A stretch of 64,000 bases of DNA from Deltaproteobacteria bacterium (GTDB taxonomy: Bacteria; Myxococcota; Myxococcia; Myxococcales; 40CM-4-68-19): NCBI GenBank assembly GCA_005879315.1, contig VBLC01000046.1, positions 132,701-196,700 of the forward strand, in the 5' to 3' direction. This document shows positions 1 through 9,461 of this stretch, piece by piece (the stretch's first letter is position 1; each line of letters opens with the position of its first letter). Position numbers and translations under genes: made by a program. The notes below the pieces were generated by a model that ran no database searches, had not been told where the DNA came from, and saw only the letters and a program-made list of their open reading frames with translations.

Positions 1-809
1 CCACGGCGGTCGATCTGCTCCGTCATCTGGGCGATGCGGGCGCTGGTGAAGCCCTGGTGATGGGCCTTCTCGGGGCCGTGGTGGCGCTCCTCTTCCTCGC
101 TCCCTTCATGGCGGGAGCGATGGTCGCCGCGGCGCGCAGCGACGAGCCGCTCCCGCTGCATCGGCTGCTTGCCGGCGCAGGCGAGATGTACGGCCGCATG
201 TTCCGCACCACCCTCTGCGGGCTCATCCCTGTCGGCATCGGCGCGGCGCTGGCGAGCGCGGCGTTGAAGGCGGCGCAATCGCTGGCGTCGAAGGCGATCT
301 GGGAGACCCAAGCACAGCGCAGCTTCCGCATTCTCTTCGTCGTCGCGGCGATCATTTTCTTCCTCTTTCATCTTCTCGTCGACACGGCGCGCGCGCAGTT
401 CGTCGCCGAGCCCGCGCGGCGGTCGGCGCTGCTCGCGCTCTGGAGCGCGGTGAGGCTGTTCTGGCGTCGGCCGCTGCGGGTCCTCGCCGTCGGCGCATTG
501 GGCAGCGCCGTCGGGCTCGGCCTCGCTGCCCTGGCGATGGTGTTGCGATTGCGCATCGATCAGGCCGGTATATTCAGTATACTCATTGCCTGGATGCTCG
601 CCCAGGCCGCGCATCTGTCGATCGGCTGGGGCAGGGCGGCGCGCATCTTCGGCATCGCGGAGCTGGCGCGCGCCGACACTGCCGATCGGGCTCGCTCCGA
701 AGCCTTCCGCATGGAGCCGCCCGCGAGCAGCCCGCCGCCGGTCGTACAATCGGAGACGCTGGAGACGCTCGTCCCGCCGTCCGCCGTTCCCTTGTCGCCC
801 TCGAAATAG
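1..809 (+). CDS. Hypothetical multi-pass membrane protein (5' truncated by window edge)
   Basis: Frame 3 is open from base 3 to TAG at 807-809; several hydrophobic helices and a Pro-rich tail. Confidence 0.7.
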   Translation, partial: TAVDLLRHLGDAGAGEALVMGLLGAVVALLFLAPFMAGAMVAAARSDEPLPLHRLLAGAGEMYGRMFRTTLCGLIPVGIGAALASAALKAAQSLASKAIWETQAQRSFRILFVVAAIIFFLFHLLVDTARAQFVAEPARRSALLALWSAVRLFWRRPLRVLAVGALGSAVGLGLAALAMVLRLRIDQAGIFSILIAWMLAQAAHLSIGWGRAARIFGIAELARADTADRARSEAFRMEPPASSPPPVVQSETLETLVPPSAVPLSPSK

Positions 810-863
810 GTTGTCCCGCATTTTTGTCGGGGCGCGGCTACAATCGCGCCGCGGAGGAAGACC

Positions 864-3353
864 TTGCAGGAGAAGTACGACCCGAAGTCGATCGAGCCCC
901 GCTGGCAGGAGCACTGGGCCAAGCGCGACCTCTTCCGCGCCGGCAACCGCCGCGACGCCCCGAAGAAGTACGTGCTGGCGATGCTGCCCTATCCCTCGGG
1001 CGAGATGCACATGGGACATGCGCGGGTCTACTCGATCACCGACGTGCTGGCCCGCTACTCTCGCAAGCGCGGTTTCGACGTCTTCCATCCCTTCGGCTGG
1101 GACTCCTTCGGCCTGCCCGCGGAGAACGCCGCGATCAAGGAAGGCGTGCACCCGGCGGTGCGCACGCCGAAGAACATCGCCTCCTTCAAGGCGGACGTCA
1201 TCTCGCTGGGCATCTCGGTCGACTGGTCCACCGAAATCAGCACCAGCGATCCCGAGTACTACCGCTGGAACCAGTGGTTCTTCCTCCGCATGCTGGAACG
1301 CGGGCTCTGCTATCGCCGCCGCGCTCGGGTGAACTTCTGCCCCTCCTGCAACACCGTCCTCGCCAACGAGCAGGTCGAGGAAGGCAAGTGCTGGCGCTGC
1401 GGCTCGACCGTCATCGAGCGCGAGATCCCCGAGTGGGCCTTCCGCATCACCGCCTATGCCGATCGGCTCCTGGAAGGGCTGAACAAGATCGACTGGCCCG
1501 AGCGGGTGGTGGCGATGCAGCGCAACTGGATCGGCCGCTCCGACGGCCTGGAGATCGACTTCGCCGTCTCCGGGCGCAAGGGCAAGGCCTTCCGCGTCTT
1601 CACCACGCGCGCCGACACGATCCATGGCGCGACCTACGTCGCGGCAGCGCCCGACCATCCGCTGGTGATGGAGCTGGCGCCGGAGGAGAAGAAGGCCGAG
1701 ATCGCCGCCTTCGCCGAGAAAGTGCGCCGCGCCGCCAAAGAAGTGGGCGAGGGCGCGCAGGCCGCCGAGAAGGAAGGGCTCGACACCGGCATCCGGGTGC
1801 GGAATCCCTTCACCAAGAAGCAGATCCCCGTCTGGGTGGCGAACTTCGTCCTCTCCGGCTACGGCACGGGCGCGGTCATGTCGGTGCCGGCGCACGACCA
1901 GCGCGACTACGAGTTCGCGGTCAAGTATGGATTGCCCATCGAGTGGGTCATCCGTCCCGCCGACGAGGACGAGGTCACCCAGGCCGCCGCGCGCAAGCTG
2001 GCCGAGCAGAACAAGGCCTTCACCGAATACGGCTTCCTCTTCGACTCCGGCGAATTCTCCGGGATGCCCTCCGAGCAGGCGCGGCTGGCCATCGCGGCGG
2101 AAGCGCAGCGGCGCGGCATCGGGCGTCCCGCGGTGAACTACCATCTGCGCGACTGGGGCGTCTCGCGGCAGCGCTACTGGGGCACGCCCATCCCCATCAT
2201 CTATTGCGATCGCTGCGATCCGGACCACCGCGGCATTCCCGTCCCCGACAGGGATCTGCCGGTGGTCCTGCCCGACATCGACGTGAAAGAAGTGCTGACC
2301 GGCAAGGGTGAGCCACCGCTGGCGAAGGTCGCCTCCTGGGTGAACATCAAGTGCCCCAATTGCGGCGGGCCGGCGCGGCGCGAGGCCGAGACGATGGACA
2401 CCTTCGTCGACTCGAGCTGGTACTTCGCTCGCTACCTCGATCCGCACAACGACCGCGAGCCGTTCTCGCGGGCGCAGGCCGATCGGTTCCTTCCCATCGA
2501 CGTCTACGTGGGTGGGCCCGAGCACGCGGTGCTCCACCTGCTCTACTTCCGCTTCTGGACGATGATGATGGAGGAGCTGGGGCTGTGCGGCATTTCCGAG
2601 CCGGCGCAGAAGCTGGTCACCCAGGGCATCGTCAAGGGCCGCGACGGCGAGAAGATGAGCAAGTCGAAGGGCAACGTCGTCCCGCCCCGCGAGATCATCG
2701 AGCGCTACGGCGCCGACACCGCGCGGCTGTTCATCCTCTTCGCCGCGCCGGCGGAGAAGGACATGGACTGGTCCGACGAGCAGGTCGAAGGCCAGCACCG
2801 CTTCCTCGGCCGCGTCTTCCGGCTGGTGCAGGGCGCGCTGCCGAAGGTGCGCGACGCGCGCGCTGGAGGGCCGCCCGACGAGCTGCGCCGGCGGACGCAC
2901 AAGACCATCCTGCGCGTCACGCAGCAGCTCGAGCGGCTGCAGTTCAACACCGCCATCTCCTCCTTGATGGAGCTGTCCAACGCCGCCGCGGACTACCAGG
3001 GCGATCCGGGCGTGCTGCGCGAGTGCCTGGAGATCCTCGTGCAGCTGCTCTCGCCCATGGCGCCGCACATCGCCGAGGAGCTATGGGAGGCGCTGGGCGG
3101 GAAGGGCGAGTTCTCTCTCTTGCAGTGGCCGCAAGCGGACCCGGCGCTGGTGGTCGACGACGCCTATTCCATCGCGGTGCAGGTCAACGGCAAGCTCCGC
3201 GGCGAGGTGCAGGTGGCGGCGACGGCGGGCGAGGCGGAGATCCGCGAGATCGCCGCGCAGGACCCCAAGGTGGCCGGCTGGCTGCACGGAAAGACCGTCA
3301 AGAAGGTCGTCGTGGTCCCGCGACGGCTGGTCAACTTCGTCATCGCCGGATGA
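864..3353 (+). CDS. leuS: Leucyl-tRNA synthetase
   Basis: YPSGEMHMGH (HIGH), KMSKS, FTTRADT editing motif, TMDTFVDSSWY; GGAGGA RBS before TTG start. Confidence 0.98.
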   Translation: MQEKYDPKSIEPRWQEHWAKRDLFRAGNRRDAPKKYVLAMLPYPSGEMHMGHARVYSITDVLARYSRKRGFDVFHPFGWDSFGLPAENAAIKEGVHPAVRTPKNIASFKADVISLGISVDWSTEISTSDPEYYRWNQWFFLRMLERGLCYRRRARVNFCPSCNTVLANEQVEEGKCWRCGSTVIEREIPEWAFRITAYADRLLEGLNKIDWPERVVAMQRNWIGRSDGLEIDFAVSGRKGKAFRVFTTRADTIHGATYVAAAPDHPLVMELAPEEKKAEIAAFAEKVRRAAKEVGEGAQAAEKEGLDTGIRVRNPFTKKQIPVWVANFVLSGYGTGAVMSVPAHDQRDYEFAVKYGLPIEWVIRPADEDEVTQAAARKLAEQNKAFTEYGFLFDSGEFSGMPSEQARLAIAAEAQRRGIGRPAVNYHLRDWGVSRQRYWGTPIPIIYCDRCDPDHRGIPVPDRDLPVVLPDIDVKEVLTGKGEPPLAKVASWVNIKCPNCGGPARREAETMDTFVDSSWYFARYLDPHNDREPFSRAQADRFLPIDVYVGGPEHAVLHLLYFRFWTMMMEELGLCGISEPAQKLVTQGIVKGRDGEKMSKSKGNVVPPREIIERYGADTARLFILFAAPAEKDMDWSDEQVEGQHRFLGRVFRLVQGALPKVRDARAGGPPDELRRRTHKTILRVTQQLERLQFNTAISSLMELSNAAADYQGDPGVLRECLEILVQLLSPMAPHIAEELWEALGGKGEFSLLQWPQADPALVVDDAYSIAVQVNGKLRGEVQVAATAGEAEIREIAAQDPKVAGWLHGKTVKKVVVVPRRLVNFVIAG

Positions 3354-3820
3354 AGAAAGGCAGGCCTCCGGCGCTTCTCTTCGCCCTCGCCGTCGCCTGC
3401 GGCTACGCCCCCGTCCGCCGTGCGGCTCCGCGGGGGATTCATGTGGCGGCGGTGCGCAACGACACGGCGCAGGCCGAAGCGGGCGGCCTCTTCGCCCAGG
3501 AGCTGCGCGCAGAGCTGGCCGGCCGCGGGCGTCTCGATCCCGACGGCGCGCCGGGCGACGAGCTGGCCGCGGAGCTGATCTCGATCGCCTCTTTGCCGAC
3601 CGCAGCCGGAGCCGACGGCGCGCTCGCTTTCGCCGTCTCGGCCGTTCTGCGCGTGCGCGTTGGCGGCTGGGAGGACACGTCCTCCGGCTCGGAGGAGTAC
3701 GCGAGCGGCGTCGATGTGCTCGGGACCGAGGCCAACCGCCGCGCCGCGCTGCGCCGCCTGGCGCGGACTCTCGCGCGCGAGGCGATCGAACGCTACGACG
3801 TCGCCGACCGGTTCAAGTGA
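3350..3820 (+). CDS. lptE: LPS-assembly lipoprotein LptE-like
   Basis: ATGA overlap with leuS stop; lipobox AVAC-GY; usual leuS-lptE synteny. Confidence 0.75.
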   Translation: MKKGRPPALLFALAVACGYAPVRRAAPRGIHVAAVRNDTAQAEAGGLFAQELRAELAGRGRLDPDGAPGDELAAELISIASLPTAAGADGALAFAVSAVLRVRVGGWEDTSSGSEEYASGVDVLGTEANRRAALRRLARTLAREAIERYDVADRFK

Positions 3821-3846
3821 TTCCGGTCACCAAAGTGTGATCGCGA

Positions 3847-4113
3847 TCACTTCGCCGGCGGCTGCGCCGCTTTGCTCAAGCGCGAGATGCGCCGCGCCGC
3901 CTGACCCTTGTGGATCACGCCCTTCGAAGAGGCCTTGGCGATCTGCTTCACCGCCGCCGTCAGCTCGGTCTTGATCCTGGCCGCGTCGCCGGCGGCCGCC
4001 GCCTCGCGAAAGCGGCGCACGCTCGTGCGGAGCGCCGAAAGGATCTGCTGGTTGCGCGCGCGATGCTTGTGCGCCTGGCGGTTCTGCTTCTCTGCCGATC
4101 GGGTATTGGCCAC
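3847..4113 (-). CDS. rpsT: 30S ribosomal protein S20
   Basis: MANTRSAEKQNRQ...KGVIHKGQAARRISRL. Confidence 0.97.
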   Translation of the reverse strand: MANTRSAEKQNRQAHKHRARNQQILSALRTSVRRFREAAAAGDAARIKTELTAAVKQIAKASSKGVIHKGQAARRISRLSKAAQPPAK

Positions 4114-4185
4114 GAAAACTCCCGGAATTTAGGCGGTCGCAGTTAGCAACCGGTTGGGCTGGTGTCAACGCGCTCGGGACACAGG

Positions 4186-4406
4186 TTGTCCACGGGGCGA
4201 GAGGAGCCTCCTAGCACTCCGTCTACGTGCCGTCACGTATCTTCGACCTCCCTCGGAAGCAAGGGGCAGCACCTCGAAATCCCATGGGTTTTTTGGACGA
4301 CAAAAATGAGACCGTCTCTTGCTGAACGCGGCCGAAAGGGATTGTTTTTTCTAAACTTGGCTTGAATCCACAGGCTATCCACAACTGCGGTGGCGCCTGT
4401 GGAGAA
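4186..4406. promoter_or_regulatory. Cluster of DnaA-box-like 9-mers with adjacent T-rich tracts
   Basis: TTGTCCACG 4186-4194, GAATCCACA 4364-4372, CTATCCACA 4375-4383, TGTGGAGAA 4398-4406 (reverse TTCTCCACA) versus consensus TTATCCACA; T-rich run at about 4341-4358. Confidence 0.5.
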
Positions 4407-4407
4407 C

Positions 4408-5220
4408 CTAGGAAGAAGACTTCTCGCGCGCCTTCGCCTCGTTCCAGAGCAAGTCCATCTCCGCGAGCGATGACGAGCGCGGCGAGCTCCCTTTCTCGCG
4501 CAACCGCGCTTCGATGTGATGGAAGCGGTTCTCGAAGCGCCGCAGCGCTCCGCGGAGCGCTTCTTCGGGGTGCACCTTGAGCCAGCGGCCCAGATTGGCG
4601 AGGGCGAAGAGCAGATCGCCCAGCTCATTCTCGATGCTCTCGCGCTGGCCCGCCGCCATCGCCTCTTCCAGCTCGTTCAGCTCCTCGCGCACCTTGGCGA
4701 GCACGCTCTTCGCATCGGGCCAGTCGAAGCCCACCGCGCCGGCTTTCTCCGTCAGCCGCTCCGCCCGCACCAGCGCCGGCAGCCCGACCGGCACGCCTCC
4801 GACGGCCGACCGCTCCGCAAGCCCCTTCTCCTTGCGCTCGTCGGCCTTGATCCTCTCCCAGTTCTTCACCACCTCGCGCGATCCCGAGACCGTCAGGTCG
4901 CCGAACACGTGCGGGTGGCGGCGGGTGAGCTTGTCCGCGATCGTCGCGGCGACATCGGCGAAATCGAACTTGCCCTCCTCGCGGGCGATGCGCGCCTGGA
5001 AGACGACCTGGAAGAGCAGGTCGCCGAGCTCCTCGCGGTGGTGCGCGGAGTCGCCGGCCTCGATGGCCTCGATGACCTCGTGGGCTTCTTCGAGCAGGTA
5101 GGGAGTGAGCGTGCGCAGGGTCTGCTCCCTGTCCCAGGGGCAGCCGCCGGGGTCGCGGAGCTTGTCCATGATGTCGAGCAGCCGGCCCACTGCGACTGCC
5201 GCTTTCGCCTGATCGGCCAT
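4408..5220 (-). CDS. mazG: Nucleoside triphosphate pyrophosphohydrolase MazG
   Basis: GCPWDREQT, EEAHE, EELGDLLFQ, KLTRRHPHVF, GFDWP, second ELGDLLF. Confidence 0.96.
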   Translation of the reverse strand: MADQAKAAVAVGRLLDIMDKLRDPGGCPWDREQTLRTLTPYLLEEAHEVIEAIEAGDSAHHREELGDLLFQVVFQARIAREEGKFDFADVAATIADKLTRRHPHVFGDLTVSGSREVVKNWERIKADERKEKGLAERSAVGGVPVGLPALVRAERLTEKAGAVGFDWPDAKSVLAKVREELNELEEAMAAGQRESIENELGDLLFALANLGRWLKVHPEEALRGALRRFENRFHHIEARLREKGSSPRSSSLAEMDLLWNEAKAREKSSS

Positions 5221-5299
5221 GCCGCGGCCATACCACATCCCCTCCAGATCCCCGGCGGTTTCCTTGCTGCTCTCTCGACGCAGCGGCTAGGATGCCGCC

Positions 5300-7291
5300 G
5301 TGGGGAGATCCCTGCGCGCGATCTACATCCTTGCCGTCGTTGCGCTGGCGGCGGCCGAAGCACGCGCCCAGCGGATGTCGGACAAGTCGGCGCCTCCGCC
5401 CGCGCCGCTGGTGACCGCGCCCGTGCCGCAGCCCGTGCCGGCGGCGACGGGCACCGGCGGCATCATCCTGCCGACGGAGAAGAGCTCCGACCTCCAGCAG
5501 CACTGGAACGCGCGCCGCGACTACCTGCGCGACCGCGACGAGCACCGCGCCGACGACGAGGAGCAGCGCGTCCGCCAGCTCAAGGACGACCTCGCCATCG
5601 AGAATCTCTTCTTCATCTCCGGCGCGCTGGTGCGCGAGAGTCAGCAGGCGCTTGCGGCCGGAGCGCCGGCGCTGGCGGTGACGCGCTGCAAGCATGCGGT
5701 GGAGTTCGCCCCGGCGATGGCCGAGGCGCACAGCTGCCTTTCGCGCGCGCTCCTGGCCGAGAACATTTTCTCCCTCAAGTCCGCCGCCAGTGAATCGTTC
5801 GCCGCAGCCTCGGCGACGATGGCCGATCCGCGCTCGGGGCATGCCCTCCTCGCCAATGTCCTCGGCGTGCTCTTCATCGGCCTGCTCGCCGCCGGAGTCA
5901 CCTTCGCCCTGGTGCTCTTCATCCGCTACGCGCAGCTCTACGCGCACGACGTGCATCACCTCTTCCCCCTCGGCGCGCGCCGCTGGCAGACGGCGATGCT
6001 GGCGGCGGTGCTGATCCTCCTGCCGCTCCTTCTCCAGCTGGGGCCGGTGCCGCTGATCTTCACTGCGCTGCTCGCCTGCGCGCTCTATACGACCACGCTG
6101 GAGACGGTGATCGCCTGCGCGCTCTTGCTCATGCTGGCGGCCTCGCCCTGGATGGCGCAGGCGATCGGTCGCGTCGCCGCTTTCGGCGGATCGGCGCTCG
6201 ACGTCTGGCTCGTCGAGCACGGCCCGGGATCGCCGCCCGAGATCGCCCGGCTGCAGAAGCGGCTCGAGTTCGGCAACGACCTGGCGGTCGATTTCGCCCT
6301 GGCGCGCAAGGCGAAGCGCGACGGCGACTTCGCCACGGCCGAGAAGCTCTATCTGCGCGCGCTGGAAGTCCCAGGCGCCAGCTCCTCGGGGTTGGCGGCG
6401 GTGCGCAACAACCTGGGCAACGTCTATCTGCTCGAAGGGGAAACCAGCAAAGCTCTGGCCCAGTACCAGCAGGCCATGGACCTGCGCGAAAGCATGGCCG
6501 CGCCGCACTTCAACATGAGCCGCGCGCTCAACCTCGGCGGGGTGGATACGCTGGAGAAAGTCCAGGCCGAGCAGGCGCGCGCGCTGGAGCTGGGCCGCGA
6601 GGCCGTCGATCGATTCACCGCCGGCCAGCTGCAGGCGAACAAGAAGTCGAACAAGTTCGTCATGGACATCGCGCTCGACGACGCGCTGCTCGAGCCCTTG
6701 CTCGAGGCGGAGGAGCGCGTCGCCGATGGAGTGGCCGATGAAGTCCGCTCCCAGCTGGCCGGGCCGCTGAGCAACGAGGTCGCGTTTCTCCTTCCGCTCG
6801 TCGCCGGCGGCCTTTTCCTGCTCCTGCGCGCGGCGCGCGGCCGGATCAGGCCGAGCAACCGCTGCGAGCGCTGCGGCCGCGAGGTGTGCCGGCGCTGCGA
6901 TGCCGAGGCGCGCCCGCAGGAGCAGCTCTGCGCCCAGTGCGTCAACGTCTTCATCCGCCGCACCGGGGTCGATCCGGCCGAGCGCCTTCGCAAGGAGTAC
7001 GCGGTTCACGCCTATCACCGGCGCCGCGAGACCACCGCGCGCGTTCTCGGCCTCGTCTCCGGCGCAGGGCACGTCATGCTCGGCTATCCCCTGCGCGGCA
7101 TCGTCTTCATGCTGGTGACGGCGTCGCTCGCGGCGAGCCTGCTCCTCTGGCGCGGCCTGGCGCGCGATCCGGTGGCGGTGCGCCAGGGCGTCTCGCTCCT
7201 GCGCATCGCCGCCAGCGCCCTCTGCCTCGTCGCCGTCTACGTCTTCTGCCTGCGCGATCTCCTCGCCCGCCAGCGCGCCGAGGGGGCCTAG
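5300..7291 (+). CDS. Membrane protein with signal peptide, TPR repeats and B-box-like Cys cluster
   Basis: N-terminal signal; TM block; TPR (VRNNLGNVY...A..Y); CERCGREVCRRC...CAQC; C-terminal TMs. Confidence 0.8.
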   Translation: MGRSLRAIYILAVVALAAAEARAQRMSDKSAPPPAPLVTAPVPQPVPAATGTGGIILPTEKSSDLQQHWNARRDYLRDRDEHRADDEEQRVRQLKDDLAIENLFFISGALVRESQQALAAGAPALAVTRCKHAVEFAPAMAEAHSCLSRALLAENIFSLKSAASESFAAASATMADPRSGHALLANVLGVLFIGLLAAGVTFALVLFIRYAQLYAHDVHHLFPLGARRWQTAMLAAVLILLPLLLQLGPVPLIFTALLACALYTTTLETVIACALLLMLAASPWMAQAIGRVAAFGGSALDVWLVEHGPGSPPEIARLQKRLEFGNDLAVDFALARKAKRDGDFATAEKLYLRALEVPGASSSGLAAVRNNLGNVYLLEGETSKALAQYQQAMDLRESMAAPHFNMSRALNLGGVDTLEKVQAEQARALELGREAVDRFTAGQLQANKKSNKFVMDIALDDALLEPLLEAEERVADGVADEVRSQLAGPLSNEVAFLLPLVAGGLFLLLRAARGRIRPSNRCERCGREVCRRCDAEARPQEQLCAQCVNVFIRRTGVDPAERLRKEYAVHAYHRRRETTARVLGLVSGAGHVMLGYPLRGIVFMLVTASLAASLLLWRGLARDPVAVRQGVSLLRIAASALCLVAVYVFCLRDLLARQRAEGA

Positions 7292-7294
7292 CCG

Positions 7295-8446
7295 ATGGCT
7301 CTCTCCGGCACCCTCAAGGATTTCGGCATCGCCGACATCCTCCAGCTGATCGGCCACCAGACCAAGACGGGCCGGCTGAGCATGAGGAGCGGCAACGAGG
7401 AGGTGGAGGTCTTCTTCATCGAGGGCAACGTCGTCTTCGCCAGCGAGAAGGCGCGCAAGTCTTCCAACCTGCTCGGCGCCCTGCTCTTGCGCGCCGAGCT
7501 GCTCACCCAGCAGCATCTCGACGAGGCCCTGGCGACGCAACAGCGCACCTTGAAGCGGCTCGGCGACATCCTCGTCGATGGAGCGATCGTCACCCAGCAG
7601 CAGCTGGCGCAGATGATGCGGCTGCAGACCACCGAGACGCTCTACAAGCTCTTCGCCTGGAAGAACGGCTGGTACGAATTCTCCCAGGAGGACGTCGACA
7701 ACTCGCGCAGCACCTTCGACGCCATCCGCGCGGAGAGCATCCTCCTGGAAGGCTTCCGGCGCATGGACGAGTGGCCGCAGGTCCGCAAGAAGGTGCCCTG
7801 GACCGACGCCACTTTCGAGAAGCTGAAGGAGCTCGACACCCGCGACCTTCCCTCCATCGACGACGGGGGCCTCGGCCTCGATGGCGCGGCGGAGATCGAC
7901 AAGCCCGCCGAGAAGCACAAGCTCGTCTACAAGCTCGCGGTCAACGGCAAGGACGTGCAGAAGATCATCGACGCCAGCCGGCTCGGCGAGTTCGAGGCTC
8001 TCAAGGCCCTGAGCGAGCTGATGGAATGGGGCTTCCTCAAGCCCCTGGCCCCCGAGCGGGGCGCGAAGGCGCTGGCGGCGGGCTTCAAGGCGCAGACCAA
8101 GAAGCTGACGGGAGCGGGGGCGATCGTCCGGCTGGCGCTCTCCTTCGCCTTCTTCGTTGCGACGCTCTTCGTCGTCCGCTGGGTCGCGCCGCAGCTGGGC
8201 TCGGCGCGGCCCGAGAATCCCGCCCGCCACGGAGCGCTGGCGCGGGTCATCGCGCACGACCAGCTGGTCCGGCTGGAAAATGCGCTCGAGCTCTACAAGA
8301 CGGAGCACGGCGACTATCCGCAGGCCTTGAAGCAGCTCGTCGAGGGACAGCTGCTCTCGGACCAGGACCTGCGCTATCCGTACCGGGAGCTCTACTACTA
8401 TCGTCGGACGCCGCAGGGGTTTGTATTACTGCCTCCTCTTGATTAG
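7295..8446 (+). CDS. DUF4388 domain protein with TM helix and GspG/pseudopilin-like C-terminus
   Basis: LSGTLKDFGIADILQLI...KTGRL (DUF4388); LGALL/LGDILV repeats; LENALELYKTEHGDYPQALKQLV. Confidence 0.8.
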   Translation: MALSGTLKDFGIADILQLIGHQTKTGRLSMRSGNEEVEVFFIEGNVVFASEKARKSSNLLGALLLRAELLTQQHLDEALATQQRTLKRLGDILVDGAIVTQQQLAQMMRLQTTETLYKLFAWKNGWYEFSQEDVDNSRSTFDAIRAESILLEGFRRMDEWPQVRKKVPWTDATFEKLKELDTRDLPSIDDGGLGLDGAAEIDKPAEKHKLVYKLAVNGKDVQKIIDASRLGEFEALKALSELMEWGFLKPLAPERGAKALAAGFKAQTKKLTGAGAIVRLALSFAFFVATLFVVRWVAPQLGSARPENPARHGALARVIAHDQLVRLENALELYKTEHGDYPQALKQLVEGQLLSDQDLRYPYRELYYYRRTPQGFVLLPPLD

Positions 8447-8483
8447 ATCAGACGAGAGGCCCGATCCCGGGCCCAGGAGCTGG

Positions 8484-9452
8484 ATGGCCGAACCATCTGC
8501 GCGGCTGGAGCTGCTCGACAACGATGGCGCACGAACTCTCGCCGGAGGGCGGAGCGAGAACCTCAAGCTGATCGAGCAGAGGTTCGGAGTTCACATCGGA
8601 CAGCGTGGCAACGTCTTTCTCATCTCGGGTGAGCCCGACAAGGTCGTGCTCGCCGAGAAGCTGCTCGGCCAGCTCAACGAGCTGATCCAGCGCAAGTACC
8701 CGTTGGGGCTGGAGGACGTGGAGCAGGCGAGCAAGGTCATGCTGGCCGATCCCGCCGCCGATCTCAAAGACATCTTCCTCGACACCATCTACGTCACCAA
8801 CCGCAACCGGCCGGTGACGCCGAAGGGCTTCAACCAGAAGGCGTACATCGACGCCATCCGCAAGCACGACATCGTCTTCGGCGTCGGCCCGGCCGGCACC
8901 GGCAAGACCTACCTGGCGATGGCGATGGCGGTCGCGGCGCTCGTCGAGCGACGGGTGAAGCGCATCGTGCTCTGCCGGCCGGCGGTCGAGGCGGGAGAGA
9001 AGCTCGGCTTCCTTCCCGGCGATCTCGCCGAGAAAGTCAGCCCCTACCTGCGGCCGCTCTACGACGCGCTCCACGACCTGATGGACATGGACCGCGCCCA
9101 GGACCTGGTCGAGCGGGGCACGGTGGAAGTGGCGCCGCTCGCCTTCATGCGCGGCCGCACCTTGAACGACGCCTTCGTCATCCTCGACGAGGCGCAGAAC
9201 ACCACCACCGAGCAGATGAAGATGTTCCTCACCCGCCTGGGCTTCGGCTCCAAGGCGGTCATCACCGGCGACGCGACGCAGACCGACCTGCCCGCCGGCA
9301 AGGCCTCGGGCATGCTCGAGGCGCGCGTCATCCTCCGCGACATCGAGGGCATCCGCTTCTGCGAGTTCACCGACAAGGACGTCGTCCGCCACCCGCTGGT
9401 CCAGGAGGTGGTGCGAGCCTACGATGCGGCGACGGTGAACAAGAAGGGTTAG
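8484..9452 (+). CDS. phoH: PhoH-family ATPase (YbeZ-like)
   Basis: GPAGTGKT, RPAVEAGEKLGFLPG, FMRGRTL, DEAQN, DVVRHPLV. Confidence 0.95.
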   Translation: MAEPSARLELLDNDGARTLAGGRSENLKLIEQRFGVHIGQRGNVFLISGEPDKVVLAEKLLGQLNELIQRKYPLGLEDVEQASKVMLADPAADLKDIFLDTIYVTNRNRPVTPKGFNQKAYIDAIRKHDIVFGVGPAGTGKTYLAMAMAVAALVERRVKRIVLCRPAVEAGEKLGFLPGDLAEKVSPYLRPLYDALHDLMDMDRAQDLVERGTVEVAPLAFMRGRTLNDAFVILDEAQNTTTEQMKMFLTRLGFGSKAVITGDATQTDLPAGKASGMLEARVILRDIEGIRFCEFTDKDVVRHPLVQEVVRAYDAATVNKKG

Positions 9453-9461
9453 AAGGGGCGC

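Noticed and set aside
4625-8308. 1227-aa minus-strand ORF
   Set aside because: Antisense shadow of real plus-strand genes in high-GC DNA; no family motifs
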